IMG/VR virus record: IMGVR_UViG_3300045243_000021
Span: 1-64,000 of that record
DNA: 64,000 bases
Reading direction: 5' to 3' (one strand)
Source of the DNA: a virus
The notes beneath the pieces are model-generated. The model was not told the origin of the DNA. It saw only the letters and a list, made by a program, of their open reading frames with translations, and did not search any database. Below are positions 27,339 to 36,024 of this stretch, piece by piece; the first letter of the stretch is position 1, and every line of letters begins with the position of its first letter. The position numbers and the translations under genes were made by a program.

Positions 27339-27548
27339 GTGATAAGCATTCAAGGCGCAGTCCTCGTTGTTATCTACCTCATCGTGGGTGGATTCATCTT
27401 TGGTTTGTTGTGGTGGCTGGTTGGTTACGTTGGCTTGCCAGAACCGTTCAATAAGTTCGTGCGCGGCGTGCTGGCCATTCTCGCGGTGCTGGTCATCATC
27501 GGCATTCTGCTGACCATGATCGGCGGTGTGCAGATATTCCGGGCATAA
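27339..27548 (+). CDS. small two-TM membrane protein, holin candidate
   Basis: Two hydrophobic helices around LPEPFNK. Confidence 0.5.
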   Translation: MISIQGAVLVVIYLIVGGFIFGLLWWLVGYVGLPEPFNKFVRGVLAILAVLVIIGILLTMIGGVQIFRA

Positions 27549-27560
27549 GGAGGATCGGCC

Positions 27561-28061
27561 ATGTTCGCCGACGCCGTGACTATCGACCCGATGACGCAAT
27601 GGGCAGGCGCGATAACCGCGCTTGCCGTGACCATTGGCCTCATCTCGCAAATTGTGCTCCAGGTGCTCGCCAAGATCGAGGCGGCCAAGAAGGCCAAGGT
27701 TGATGCCGAAGTAGCACGGCAAGCGAAGGCCGACGCCGAGAAAGCTCAGAACGCCGCGGCATCGGCTGCTCTGGAAGCATTGAAGGCAAAGACACAGGTT
27801 GCGGAAGTCGCTCAGACGCTAAGCGACACGCACTCGGCTACGTCGGACAAGCTGGACGATCTGGCGAAAGTGACGGACACCATCCACACTTTGACGAACA
27901 ATGCGATGGGCGTTCAGTTGCGGTTAAATGCCGACTTGTCGCGGTGGAAGGCCAACGAAACCAAAGATCCGGCCGACGTGAGGGCCGCTGACCTGGCGGC
28001 AATGTTGTTAAACGAGCACAACGCTAAGCAAGCGACGGCTGACTCGGGAGGCGGCAAGTGA
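27561..28061 (+). CDS. membrane-anchored coiled-coil protein
   Basis: AGGAGG RBS; TM plus Ala/Lys coil; IHTLTN. Confidence 0.55.
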   Translation: MFADAVTIDPMTQWAGAITALAVTIGLISQIVLQVLAKIEAAKKAKVDAEVARQAKADAEKAQNAAASAALEALKAKTQVAEVAQTLSDTHSATSDKLDDLAKVTDTIHTLTNNAMGVQLRLNADLSRWKANETKDPADVRAADLAAMLLNEHNAKQATADSGGGK

Positions 28062-28155
28062 GCTGGGACATCACGCTCGCCTCGAGGTGGGACTACCGCA
28101 AGGCCGCGGCACGGATGCATTCTTTGGACGGCATGTTTGACGATGGGGACGACGT

Positions 28156-28350
28156 ATGAAGTTGTTCCAAATCAACGATGACGACTTAAGCGAACTGGAG
28201 AGGATTCTCCCGCAGCTCGCCCAAGCGGTGATGCCAGTGCTAACGCCATTGCTGCGTACCCGATTGCGACGTTGCCAAAATATCTTGTCTGACGTTCGAT
28301 GGAACTACGGACCACCGGAAGAAGTCAGCAGCGTTTCTGAGGACGAATAA
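28156..28350 (+). CDS. hypothetical protein
   Basis: Coupled (TAATG) to the next gene. Confidence 0.45.
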   Translation: MKLFQINDDDLSELERILPQLAQAVMPVLTPLLRTRLRRCQNILSDVRWNYGPPEEVSSVSEDE

Positions 28351-29159
28351 TGCTAGACATCACCCGCAAGTCGCTTCAGATAATTTACTGCGTCGTTACG
28401 CTCTCCGCGTTGCTCTTGCACCAGCCCACGAAGGACGCGGCCAAGGTCGAGGGCCTGGAACTCACGGCCACGCTCAAAGGCGCACCCGTGAAGAGCGGCG
28501 ATGCCTTGCCCTCGTGCAAGCAACTCATCATCGTTGCCAAAACGACGGATGAGAAGGCAGAGGTCAGGTGGCTTGTGTTTGGTGCCACCAGCGACCCGGA
28601 CTTCGAGGTATCGGGGCCGACGCTCGTTGTCGTCACGCCGCCGGACGGCGGGCGTATCGACGTCTTCGCGTTGGCGAGCAATGCGGGGAAGCTCACCGAG
28701 TTCGCGACATTCTCAGTTAACGGGAAGGGTTCACCTCCCGTGCCACCGGTCAATCCTCCGGTGAATCCTCCCGTTAACCCCCCTGTCACGCCACCGGTGA
28801 CACCGCCCGTGGGGCCGGTGACGGTCACGCAACCGCTGCACGTCATGATCGTGGACGACCCGAGCACGCGCACGCCCGAGACGGCGGCCATCATCGCCTC
28901 GCAGACGTTCCGGGCGGCTCTCGCTGGTGCTCAGTTCCGCTTGTACGCGGCCAACGATCCAAGCTTGGCGAACGGTGGCATCAGCGTGGTGAGTGGCCAG
29001 CTGACGGCCAAGACTAAGGCCGGCGCGGTTGTGGGACAAGCGACGATACCGGCGCTCATCGCCGTGGACGCGAAGGGCGTGCTGCACTTGTGTAAGTCGT
29101 TGCCGCGAACGGAAGCGGAAGCCATCCAAATGCTCAAGCCGCTGCTGGGGGGGAAGTGA
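28350..29159 (+). CDS. exported protein with PPVN/PPVT linker, partner of the C1 peptidase
   Basis: N-terminal hydrophobic segment, Pro-rich repeat at about 28735-28815, GTGA overlap with the peptidase. Confidence 0.6.
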   Translation: MLDITRKSLQIIYCVVTLSALLLHQPTKDAAKVEGLELTATLKGAPVKSGDALPSCKQLIIVAKTTDEKAEVRWLVFGATSDPDFEVSGPTLVVVTPPDGGRIDVFALASNAGKLTEFATFSVNGKGSPPVPPVNPPVNPPVNPPVTPPVTPPVGPVTVTQPLHVMIVDDPSTRTPETAAIIASQTFRAALAGAQFRLYAANDPSLANGGISVVSGQLTAKTKAGAVVGQATIPALIAVDAKGVLHLCKSLPRTEAEAIQMLKPLLGGK

Positions 29160-31138
29160 AGATGCCTGACATCAAAGTCTTTAACGACGCGAATGGTACG
29201 CGGCTTATCGAGGCCAAGGGCCAACCACCGCGGGCCATGGGCTGCTGGGCACCCAAGCCGCATTGCGCCTTGCCGGGCATCGAACAACTCGCCGCTGGCA
29301 TCCTGCCGCAAAGCCAGTGGCAAGAACTAACTTTGGGGCAATTTGCCTGCGAAGTTCAAGACCAAGGTCAGACCAGCAGTTGCTTCCCGGCTGGAACGCA
29401 TATCCGAATGGAGGACGGCTCCGAACGCAAGATCGAAGACGTTCGGTTGCTGGATAAGGTTCTGACGGCTGAAGGGAACATCGGGACCGTCACGCGGCTG
29501 ATGGTTCGCCATGAGCCAAACGCCTTGCTGCGTCTTTGCCTTTGGGGACATCGGCATCTACGCATGACGGCAGAGCATCCAGTTCTGACGAAGCGTGGTT
29601 ACGTTCCTGCCTGCGAACTGAGAGTAAGCAAAGCCAGATGGCACGGTGGCGAAGAATGTGATTGGGTGGCTATGCCGCGATATGCGCCACAGCTAAGGAC
29701 AAGCATTCACGTTGACGATCACGTTGATACGTATCGGACGTTTATTCGTCGCGAGCGCGTGAGCAAAATTCATAGCGTATCGTCGCGTGGAACGGTGCTA
29801 ATCACTAAATATCCATTGCCAGATTTCTTCACGCTCACGCCGGGTGTTGGCAGAATCTTTGGCCTGTTCCTGGCTGAAGGAAGCACAACGTCAACGTATG
29901 TCATGTGGACATTCAACATCAAAGAGAAAGAAACGCTTGCCGCCGAATTGATCGACTTACTGAAAGCCGAGTTCGGCATCGAAGGAAGACTTCGGACGCG
30001 GCCAAACAATACCTGCAACGTACAGGTTCACGGCACCGGATGGGCAAGATTGTTTGAGGCATTGTTTAAGACCGGTGCCGGACGCAAGCGTATTCCGTCA
30101 GACATTGCTTCTGGACCAAAGGATTTCTTGGAAGCGCTTTTCACCGGATGGCTTGATGGTGATGGACATGCCAGGCGCAATGGTATTGGTGGCGTTAGCA
30201 TCTCCCGCGATCTCGCTCTAGGGATGTTCGACATCGCCCACGCGCTGGGCAAGCTTCCGGCAATCAGTCGCAGGGAAGGCAAGCCGAACAAAGGCGCGCT
30301 GGTTCGTCAAGCAAGTTGGGAAGTTCATTGCCAGAATGATCCGCCCGAAAAGGTGTTCCGTTCTCAACAGGACGACAAGCACGTCTGGCGGCGAATGGCT
30401 GGTATCGAAATGGAGGAGTTTTCTGGGCCGGTTTACAACATGGAAGTCGAAGGCGACAACAGCTACGTCGCGGAAGGAATCGGCGTCCATAACTGCACCG
30501 GCTTCGGGACGCGGACGCTCATGCGGCGATTCCGGTTGCTCTCCGGGCAAACCATGCCACCCACGGATTTTAGCCCGTGGGGGATTTATGAGATGGTGAA
30601 CCATGGAGCCGATGGCGGGGCCGATCCGGAAGAGGTCATGACGGCCTTGATCAAACGTGGGTGCCCGCTGATGGGTAGTCTCACGACTGGCGGCGTGCCT
30701 GACAAGCTGTTCTTGGCTCCGTCCATCGACGGCCAAAAAGCGGTATGGGACACGGCTGCCCGGTACAAGCTGGCGCAAGCCTATTCGTTCCGCACGTGGG
30801 ACGGACTTTGCACGGCCTTGACGCTCGGCAAGAACTGCGGACTTGGCATCCCCGTGCGAAGTGACTTCATGCACGGGAAATTAGACGACGAAGGTGTGGT
30901 GCCGTGGACGGGTCAGATGCTCGGTTGGCACTGGGTTGAGGTACATTCATTAGAAAAGTCCAAGAAATACGGCTGGAAAGCACGCATGCAAAATCAATGG
31001 GGCATGTGGGGCGACAAGGGCTTCGCTTACATCGTAGAACAGCACCTTGATCCGACAATGAGTCTTGGATTCGCGCCCGAGGCGCAAGTGGACGACCCGA
31101 ACGTGGACACGAGCGATTTCCCGGCGGTCACGGGGTAG
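29156..31138 (+). CDS. papain-like C1 cysteine peptidase interrupted by an intein
   Basis: QDQGQTSS|C(TGFG), GWHWV, QNQWG.WGDKGF catalytic motifs. Confidence 0.85.
   Translation: MKMPDIKVFNDANGTRLIEAKGQPPRAMGCWAPKPHCALPGIEQLAAGILPQSQWQELTLGQFACEVQDQGQTSSCFPAGTHIRMEDGSERKIEDVRLLDKVLTAEGNIGTVTRLMVRHEPNALLRLCLWGHRHLRMTAEHPVLTKRGYVPACELRVSKARWHGGEECDWVAMPRYAPQLRTSIHVDDHVDTYRTFIRRERVSKIHSVSSRGTVLITKYPLPDFFTLTPGVGRIFGLFLAEGSTTSTYVMWTFNIKEKETLAAELIDLLKAEFGIEGRLRTRPNNTCNVQVHGTGWARLFEALFKTGAGRKRIPSDIASGPKDFLEALFTGWLDGDGHARRNGIGGVSISRDLALGMFDIAHALGKLPAISRREGKPNKGALVRQASWEVHCQNDPPEKVFRSQQDDKHVWRRMAGIEMEEFSGPVYNMEVEGDNSYVAEGIGVHNCTGFGTRTLMRRFRLLSGQTMPPTDFSPWGIYEMVNHGADGGADPEEVMTALIKRGCPLMGSLTTGGVPDKLFLAPSIDGQKAVWDTAARYKLAQAYSFRTWDGLCTALTLGKNCGLGIPVRSDFMHGKLDDEGVVPWTGQMLGWHWVEVHSLEKSKKYGWKARMQNQWGMWGDKGFAYIVEQHLDPTMSLGFAPEAQVDDPNVDTSDFPAVTG
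29381..30493 (+). mobile_element. intein with LAGLIDADG endonuclease (371 aa)
   Basis: CFPAG start, TAEHP block B, GLFLAEGS and GWLDGDG, VYNMEV...VHN|C end. Confidence 0.92.
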
Positions 31139-31149
31139 AGAACCAGAGC

Positions 31150-32742
31150 ATGAAACTGGCAGCAGCGGTCGCATTGATGATGATTGGCATGGCAGCAATG
31201 AGTCCGGTAAAAAAGGCGACGTTCAAACCTGAGATGGTGCAGGAACAATTGCCCATCTTGAACGGCTACGAATGCCTGCGGCTGGCCAATCTCGACCTGC
31301 ACACGCTGCCACCCAAACGCCAGCGATACGCGCGTTATTTGACCGCTGGACACGAGCCGTTGGCGGCCGAGCGGCTGAAGCTGTACCAGGGCGTGAACTG
31401 GCTGATCCATCACTTGACGTTCAAGCTTGGCTTCTATCCTCCCTTCGTCGTGGAGAACTCGAATGGCACGGTGTTCAGGATTCTACTGGATGATTACAAC
31501 ATTGACCCCAAGGCGTGGGACAGCCTTGCTGAAAATGGGAGTGGCCCAGTCGCCGAAGCCAAAACTCCCGACGGCTATTACCACTTGTACGCCGAACAAG
31601 CCATCTATAAAGACGTTGAAAAAGAAATCGACTGTCCGCCGTACCAACACGAAGGCAAGACGTACACCCGCAAAAGGGTCACGGAAAAGGTCTTTGACAA
31701 GCGGGTGACGCAGTTCATAAGCCTGCCAAGTTTGGCGGTAGATGGTGGGGCGCTCATTGCGGACACGATCCAATGCACGGGCAGCAAGAGCCCGATCCTG
31801 CGGACGGATTGGTTTATCTATTGGGCGAGCCAGGCTCCGGCGTACTACGACTTTTTGGGGTTGGGCAAGACGCTAAAGGACATTGAAGAGCAGGCGGGGG
31901 TGGACGTGAAGAAGGCGGAAGCGAAGGGGGCAGCGGTTTATGCGATTGTTTTGGATTCCAACGTCGCTTTTCACAATCGCCAGCTTCGCGGCTACCGTGT
32001 CGTCGTTGGACCTAACGGCGGGTGGTTCTGGATTTCGGACGACGTTCTTGCTTCAACCAACCAGCGTGACTTCCTGGGCAATCTGCTGAACGTCAACCCC
32101 GACGCGCACGAGATTATCTTTTCCCTCCCCAACGGCCTACAGGCCTACGCCATCACCGACGGACAAGGAAAGCGGCTGGACGTTGTGAACAGTGAAATAG
32201 CGTTGGACCGCGAGACGAAGCTGCGGGACAAGAACCTTGGCATCCGGAACTGCATGCTCTGTCATCTCGCCGGCATGAGAGACATCAACGACGAGGTGCG
32301 GGCGCTGGGCAAACTTACGGTGAATCTGCCGGAAGACGGCGTACTGGCTGGCCGGATTCGGGACTTGTTTTTCGCCGTCGATGTCGGCCAGGTCACGAAG
32401 CGGGACTCTGAGGCGTTCCGTTTGGCCAGCATGGCCGGCACCGGCATCGAGGCGGCTGCGAATGGGAGCAACTTGGAAGCGATATTCCGCCGCTATTGGG
32501 ATGAGCCCGTGACGTTGGAACGCTTGGCCAACGAGGTTGGCTGTGAGCCGGATCGTCTCCAGGCGGCGGTGCAACGCCCTGCCGCGGTGGGAAGCCAACT
32601 CGGGACCAGCAACGTGGAAATCCAGCTCGACGGGCTCACGCGGACTCAGTCGCGGCCCATGCAACGCTCGCAGGTCGAGAAAGCCTTCGCGAATGCATCT
32701 CTGCTAGTGACGCAGGGTGTGCCGATAAGGGGGAACAAATGA
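31150..32742 (+). CDS. exported protein with a CxxCH heme-binding motif
   Basis: Signal-peptide-like N-terminus; HEIIFSLPNGLQAY...NCMLCH. Confidence 0.6.
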   Translation: MKLAAAVALMMIGMAAMSPVKKATFKPEMVQEQLPILNGYECLRLANLDLHTLPPKRQRYARYLTAGHEPLAAERLKLYQGVNWLIHHLTFKLGFYPPFVVENSNGTVFRILLDDYNIDPKAWDSLAENGSGPVAEAKTPDGYYHLYAEQAIYKDVEKEIDCPPYQHEGKTYTRKRVTEKVFDKRVTQFISLPSLAVDGGALIADTIQCTGSKSPILRTDWFIYWASQAPAYYDFLGLGKTLKDIEEQAGVDVKKAEAKGAAVYAIVLDSNVAFHNRQLRGYRVVVGPNGGWFWISDDVLASTNQRDFLGNLLNVNPDAHEIIFSLPNGLQAYAITDGQGKRLDVVNSEIALDRETKLRDKNLGIRNCMLCHLAGMRDINDEVRALGKLTVNLPEDGVLAGRIRDLFFAVDVGQVTKRDSEAFRLASMAGTGIEAAANGSNLEAIFRRYWDEPVTLERLANEVGCEPDRLQAAVQRPAAVGSQLGTSNVEIQLDGLTRTQSRPMQRSQVEKAFANASLLVTQGVPIRGNK

Positions 32743-33455
32743 GGCCAGCCTTGGCATTGTTCGTCTTGTGCGTGCTGACTGTCTCCGTCGAGGCACAGTG
32801 CCGCACCGTCTACTCATCGCCGACTTATGCCGGGGCGTGCCAGCAATGTGCTCCTCCTCGCGCCTATGCTGCATCCCCGGCGTACTATCACGAGTCGTAC
32901 GCGCCGTTCACCTTTGAATTCCGCCCGATCTACGCGCCGGTTTTGGCTCTGCCTGGCTTAAACAATTTGCTGCCGAACTATTACAGCTACCCGCAAGCAC
33001 CAGCTGGAATGGCCGGATTGGTTGGAACTGGGCTTCTCTATGACGAGAGGACCGGCAATCTCAGTGGCATCATGAATCAGCAAGGCCAACTGGTGGCTGC
33101 GTTCGACTCCAGGAATCCCGTCCAGGCTGGATCGTTTCCGGCCATTACCGGGGCCGGCGATGGTAGTTCACAACTCCTGACCGCCGGTCCTGGTTTATCC
33201 AACGAGCCACAGAAGCCCACGCGGGCGCAGGTGCAGGCGTTGATCGGTGCGAGATGCGCCGCTTGTCACTCTGGAATTGGCAAGGACGGCGTTCACTTCT
33301 TTAACCCCGTTGGCGTCTGGAATCCAAACGTGGATCGCAACGACGTGCTCAGGGTGACGACTGGGGCGCGGCGCAAAATGCCACCGGATGGCGCGTTACC
33401 TATTACGGAACAGAATCTGATCGCGGCGTGGGCTGCGTATGGAACGAGTGATTGA
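32739..33455 (+). CDS. exported protein with C-terminal c-type cytochrome domain
   Basis: Signal peptide; RCAACHSG...KMPP...L...E..LI.AW. Confidence 0.7.
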   Translation: MRPALALFVLCVLTVSVEAQCRTVYSSPTYAGACQQCAPPRAYAASPAYYHESYAPFTFEFRPIYAPVLALPGLNNLLPNYYSYPQAPAGMAGLVGTGLLYDERTGNLSGIMNQQGQLVAAFDSRNPVQAGSFPAITGAGDGSSQLLTAGPGLSNEPQKPTRAQVQALIGARCAACHSGIGKDGVHFFNPVGVWNPNVDRNDVLRVTTGARRKMPPDGALPITEQNLIAAWAAYGTSD

Positions 33456-33579
33456 TGTACTGGGTGAATGTCATTCGAGGTTGACACCAGGAAAATGGCG
33501 TTCACCGGTTGGCGGGCGAGGCATCCATGAGTTGCTGTTGACCCCGCCATCTTTGGGACACTTTTGAAGGAGGTTCATC

Positions 33580-34200
33580 ATGAAGAAGTTCGCACTAGCT
33601 CTTGTTGCCGCACTGGCCTTTGTCGGGCTGGCGCAGGCAGGGCATGGTTTTGCTGTTGGCACCTGTCACGTTGGCGTTGGCTACGGCACCTGCGGCACCG
33701 GGCTCGGCTACGGCGTGGGCTATGGAGCTGGCTACGGCTATCCGGTGCAGATCGGGCTGCCGGTGTACAGCTTGGGCTACCCGCTGACCGGCTACAGTTT
33801 GCCGGGCTACGGTTACAACCTGGGCTATGGGGCTGGTTACGGTTACGGATACGGCCAAAATTACGGGGCCAATTATGGTACGCCGCAGAGCACGACCACG
33901 ACCGTGACGACCACAAGCTACGCGCCGCCGGCGCAGGCGAGTTATCAGGCACCGCAATACCAAGCTCCGGCACCGCAATACCAGGCACCGGCCCCAACGT
34001 ACTCGCTGCCACCGCCCATTTACTCCGCGCCTAACTATCTGTTGGCTTTCGCGGCTCCGCCGATCTACTACGCGGCAAACACTTGCAACTGCTACGGGTT
34101 CGCGCGGCCGTTCGGCGTGGGTTATGGAACCTGCGGCAATAACGCTCTGGTTGGCTTCAACCGTGGATTCAATGGTGCGGTGGGATTCCGCCGTCGGTAA
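33580..34200 (+). CDS. secreted Gly/Tyr-rich low-complexity protein
   Basis: MKKFALALVAALAFVGLAQA signal; GYG and YQAP repeats. Confidence 0.7.
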   Translation: MKKFALALVAALAFVGLAQAGHGFAVGTCHVGVGYGTCGTGLGYGVGYGAGYGYPVQIGLPVYSLGYPLTGYSLPGYGYNLGYGAGYGYGYGQNYGANYGTPQSTTTTVTTTSYAPPAQASYQAPQYQAPAPQYQAPAPTYSLPPPIYSAPNYLLAFAAPPIYYAANTCNCYGFARPFGVGYGTCGNNALVGFNRGFNGAVGFRRR

Positions 34201-34280
34201 ACGCTACCTGGGAACGGTGGGCTCTGGACGGTCACAAGCAAGGCGGCCCAGGGCTCACCACTTTTGATTAGGAGATAGCG

Positions 34281-34505
34281 ATGGACGACAAACTGAAGGC
34301 CAAGTTCGCGGCGGCCAGCATCGACGTTGATCAGGTGATTACCGTTATCACCAGCTTCAACTGGCTGGAGTTCTTCGCGTTCATCAAGCAGCTGGTGGCG
34401 CTGTTCAAAGGCACGCCAGCAGCATCGCGGACGTTTGCAGTGGCGACGGATGCAGCGGACGCCAAGGAAGCGGCTTTGCTCGAAATCGAAAAGTGCGGGA
34501 CGTAA
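34281..34505 (+). CDS. hypothetical protein
   Basis: AGGAG RBS. Confidence 0.55.
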   Translation: MDDKLKAKFAAASIDVDQVITVITSFNWLEFFAFIKQLVALFKGTPAASRTFAVATDAADAKEAALLEIEKCGT

Positions 34506-34517
34506 GGGAGGTGGATT

Positions 34518-34949
34518 ATGCAGCGTCGATACCGTGATATTGTGATACCGCACGTGGCTCTCCTGATCCTCACCTTCGCCGTTATCGGCATGGTCTGCAT
34601 GTTTAATGAGCTAACAGCCCAACAGCCACCACGCCAAGGCCCGCCGCCAGTTCAGCAACAGCAAGGGCGCGTGGTGCTGCACAACCGGGACGCTTTGCAG
34701 AAGCCAGCGCAGCCCATGCCCAAGCCGCCGGGCAACCAGCCCAACGCTCCGCAGCGGGAAGGATTTCATCTTGGTTGGCATGGGGATTATCACCGCTGGT
34801 TCTACGTGCCGAACACGGTAGTGCTTCTACCGGGCAACGTCATTCCGGCGACGTACCAGCTACCGGTGGAGGTGGCGTATTACGAGCAGGGCGTGGCAAC
34901 TTGCAGGTGTCCGCATTGCGGCTGGGAACTAGAACTCGTTGCCAAGTAG
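34518..34949 (+). CDS. membrane-anchored Pro/Gln-rich protein with C-terminal CxCPHC
   Basis: GGAGG RBS; TM helix. Confidence 0.55.
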   Translation: MQRRYRDIVIPHVALLILTFAVIGMVCMFNELTAQQPPRQGPPPVQQQQGRVVLHNRDALQKPAQPMPKPPGNQPNAPQREGFHLGWHGDYHRWFYVPNTVVLLPGNVIPATYQLPVEVAYYEQGVATCRCPHCGWELELVAK

Positions 34950-34958
34950 GAGGCAGCT

Positions 34959-35180
34959 GTGTCCCTAGTACAGGAACTGAGTGCGTTGCGTGCGGCAATC
35001 GACGCCAACACCGTTGAGGTGAAGAAGCTCAGCGTGGCTGGACTTCCCGAGTCGGTGGCCGCGCTCAACGTTAACGTGACCGAATTAAACGCCAACATCA
35101 AGAAGCTGATTGAGACACTGAACGACCCAATCGAAGGGTTGGATGCCGAACTTGATAAACCGACCACTCACAACCCATGA
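34959..35180 (+). CDS. coiled-coil hypothetical protein
   Basis: AGGAGG RBS. Confidence 0.5.
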   Translation: MSLVQELSALRAAIDANTVEVKKLSVAGLPESVAALNVNVTELNANIKKLIETLNDPIEGLDAELDKPTTHNP

Positions 35181-35204
35181 TTTTCGCCCCAAAAGGAGAT
35201 TCGC

Positions 35205-35621
35205 ATGAAGGCAGGAACTCTCAACATCGTGAAAAAGGTAAGCTTTGCAGCGGCCAGCGTGGCGAAAGCCACCAAGGCCGACTTCAAAGCAGGCACGCCG
35301 GTTCCGTTCGACATCATGGACAACGGGGACCAGTCTTACACGCTGTTCGGTCGCTCAGCGGCTGGCAATCGTGTGGACATCACCGGCTTGGTCACGGTCA
35401 CGGCCGTAAGCGACAACACCGCGGCGTTGACGGTCGATCCGCCGACTGGCCCGAAAGTCCAGACGCACGCCATCGGCCCGGTGGGCACGGCGAACGTCGC
35501 CAACGTAGTGACGTGGAATGACGGCAGCGTGGGGCCGTTCAGTATCGACCTCGTTGCCACCATCAAGGCGGGTGCCGCGACCGGTTTGGATGTGGTGTTC
35601 GATCAGCCAACCACACATTGA
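35205..35621 (+). CDS. Ig-like beta-sandwich protein
   Basis: AAGGAG RBS; SDN.AA.TV...GPVGTANV pattern. Confidence 0.55.
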   Translation: MKAGTLNIVKKVSFAAASVAKATKADFKAGTPVPFDIMDNGDQSYTLFGRSAAGNRVDITGLVTVTAVSDNTAALTVDPPTGPKVQTHAIGPVGTANVANVVTWNDGSVGPFSIDLVATIKAGAATGLDVVFDQPTTH

Positions 35622-35741
35622 ACTGATGCCACCCTTGGCTTGTGGCCCAGCGTCGAGGTTGGCTTTTATTGAACCTTGGAAGAGGGGACGCCTCCGGTGT
35701 GTTGCGACCGCGCCGCCGGGGGCGGACTTTTAGGAGAAGAG

Positions 35742-36023
35742 ATGGCTCAACAAACTCTACACGTCGTTGGCGGGACTCTAATAGTCGAGACCGTCGGCCT
35801 CACGTTCCAGTGGGCCACGTTCCCGATTCTGAAACCTAACGTCGCGATGGCTCCGACCCCAATCGGGACGCCGGGTGGTGGCATCGGCCCGTACACGTAC
35901 GCCAACCCCGTCGGGTTCCCACCGGGCCTGTCGCTCTCGCCGGCCGGAGTACTCAGCGGGACGCCGACGACGGTGGGCGCGTACACGAACATGGGCTTCG
36001 ATCTGGGCGACGGGACGCCATAG
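35742..36023 (+). CDS. putative Ig-domain (He_PIG-like) protein
   Basis: GG.GPYTY....G.PPGLSLSP.GVLSGTPT..G.YT. Confidence 0.7.
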   Translation: MAQQTLHVVGGTLIVETVGLTFQWATFPILKPNVAMAPTPIGTPGGGIGPYTYANPVGFPPGLSLSPAGVLSGTPTTVGAYTNMGFDLGDGTP

Positions 36024-36024
36024 C

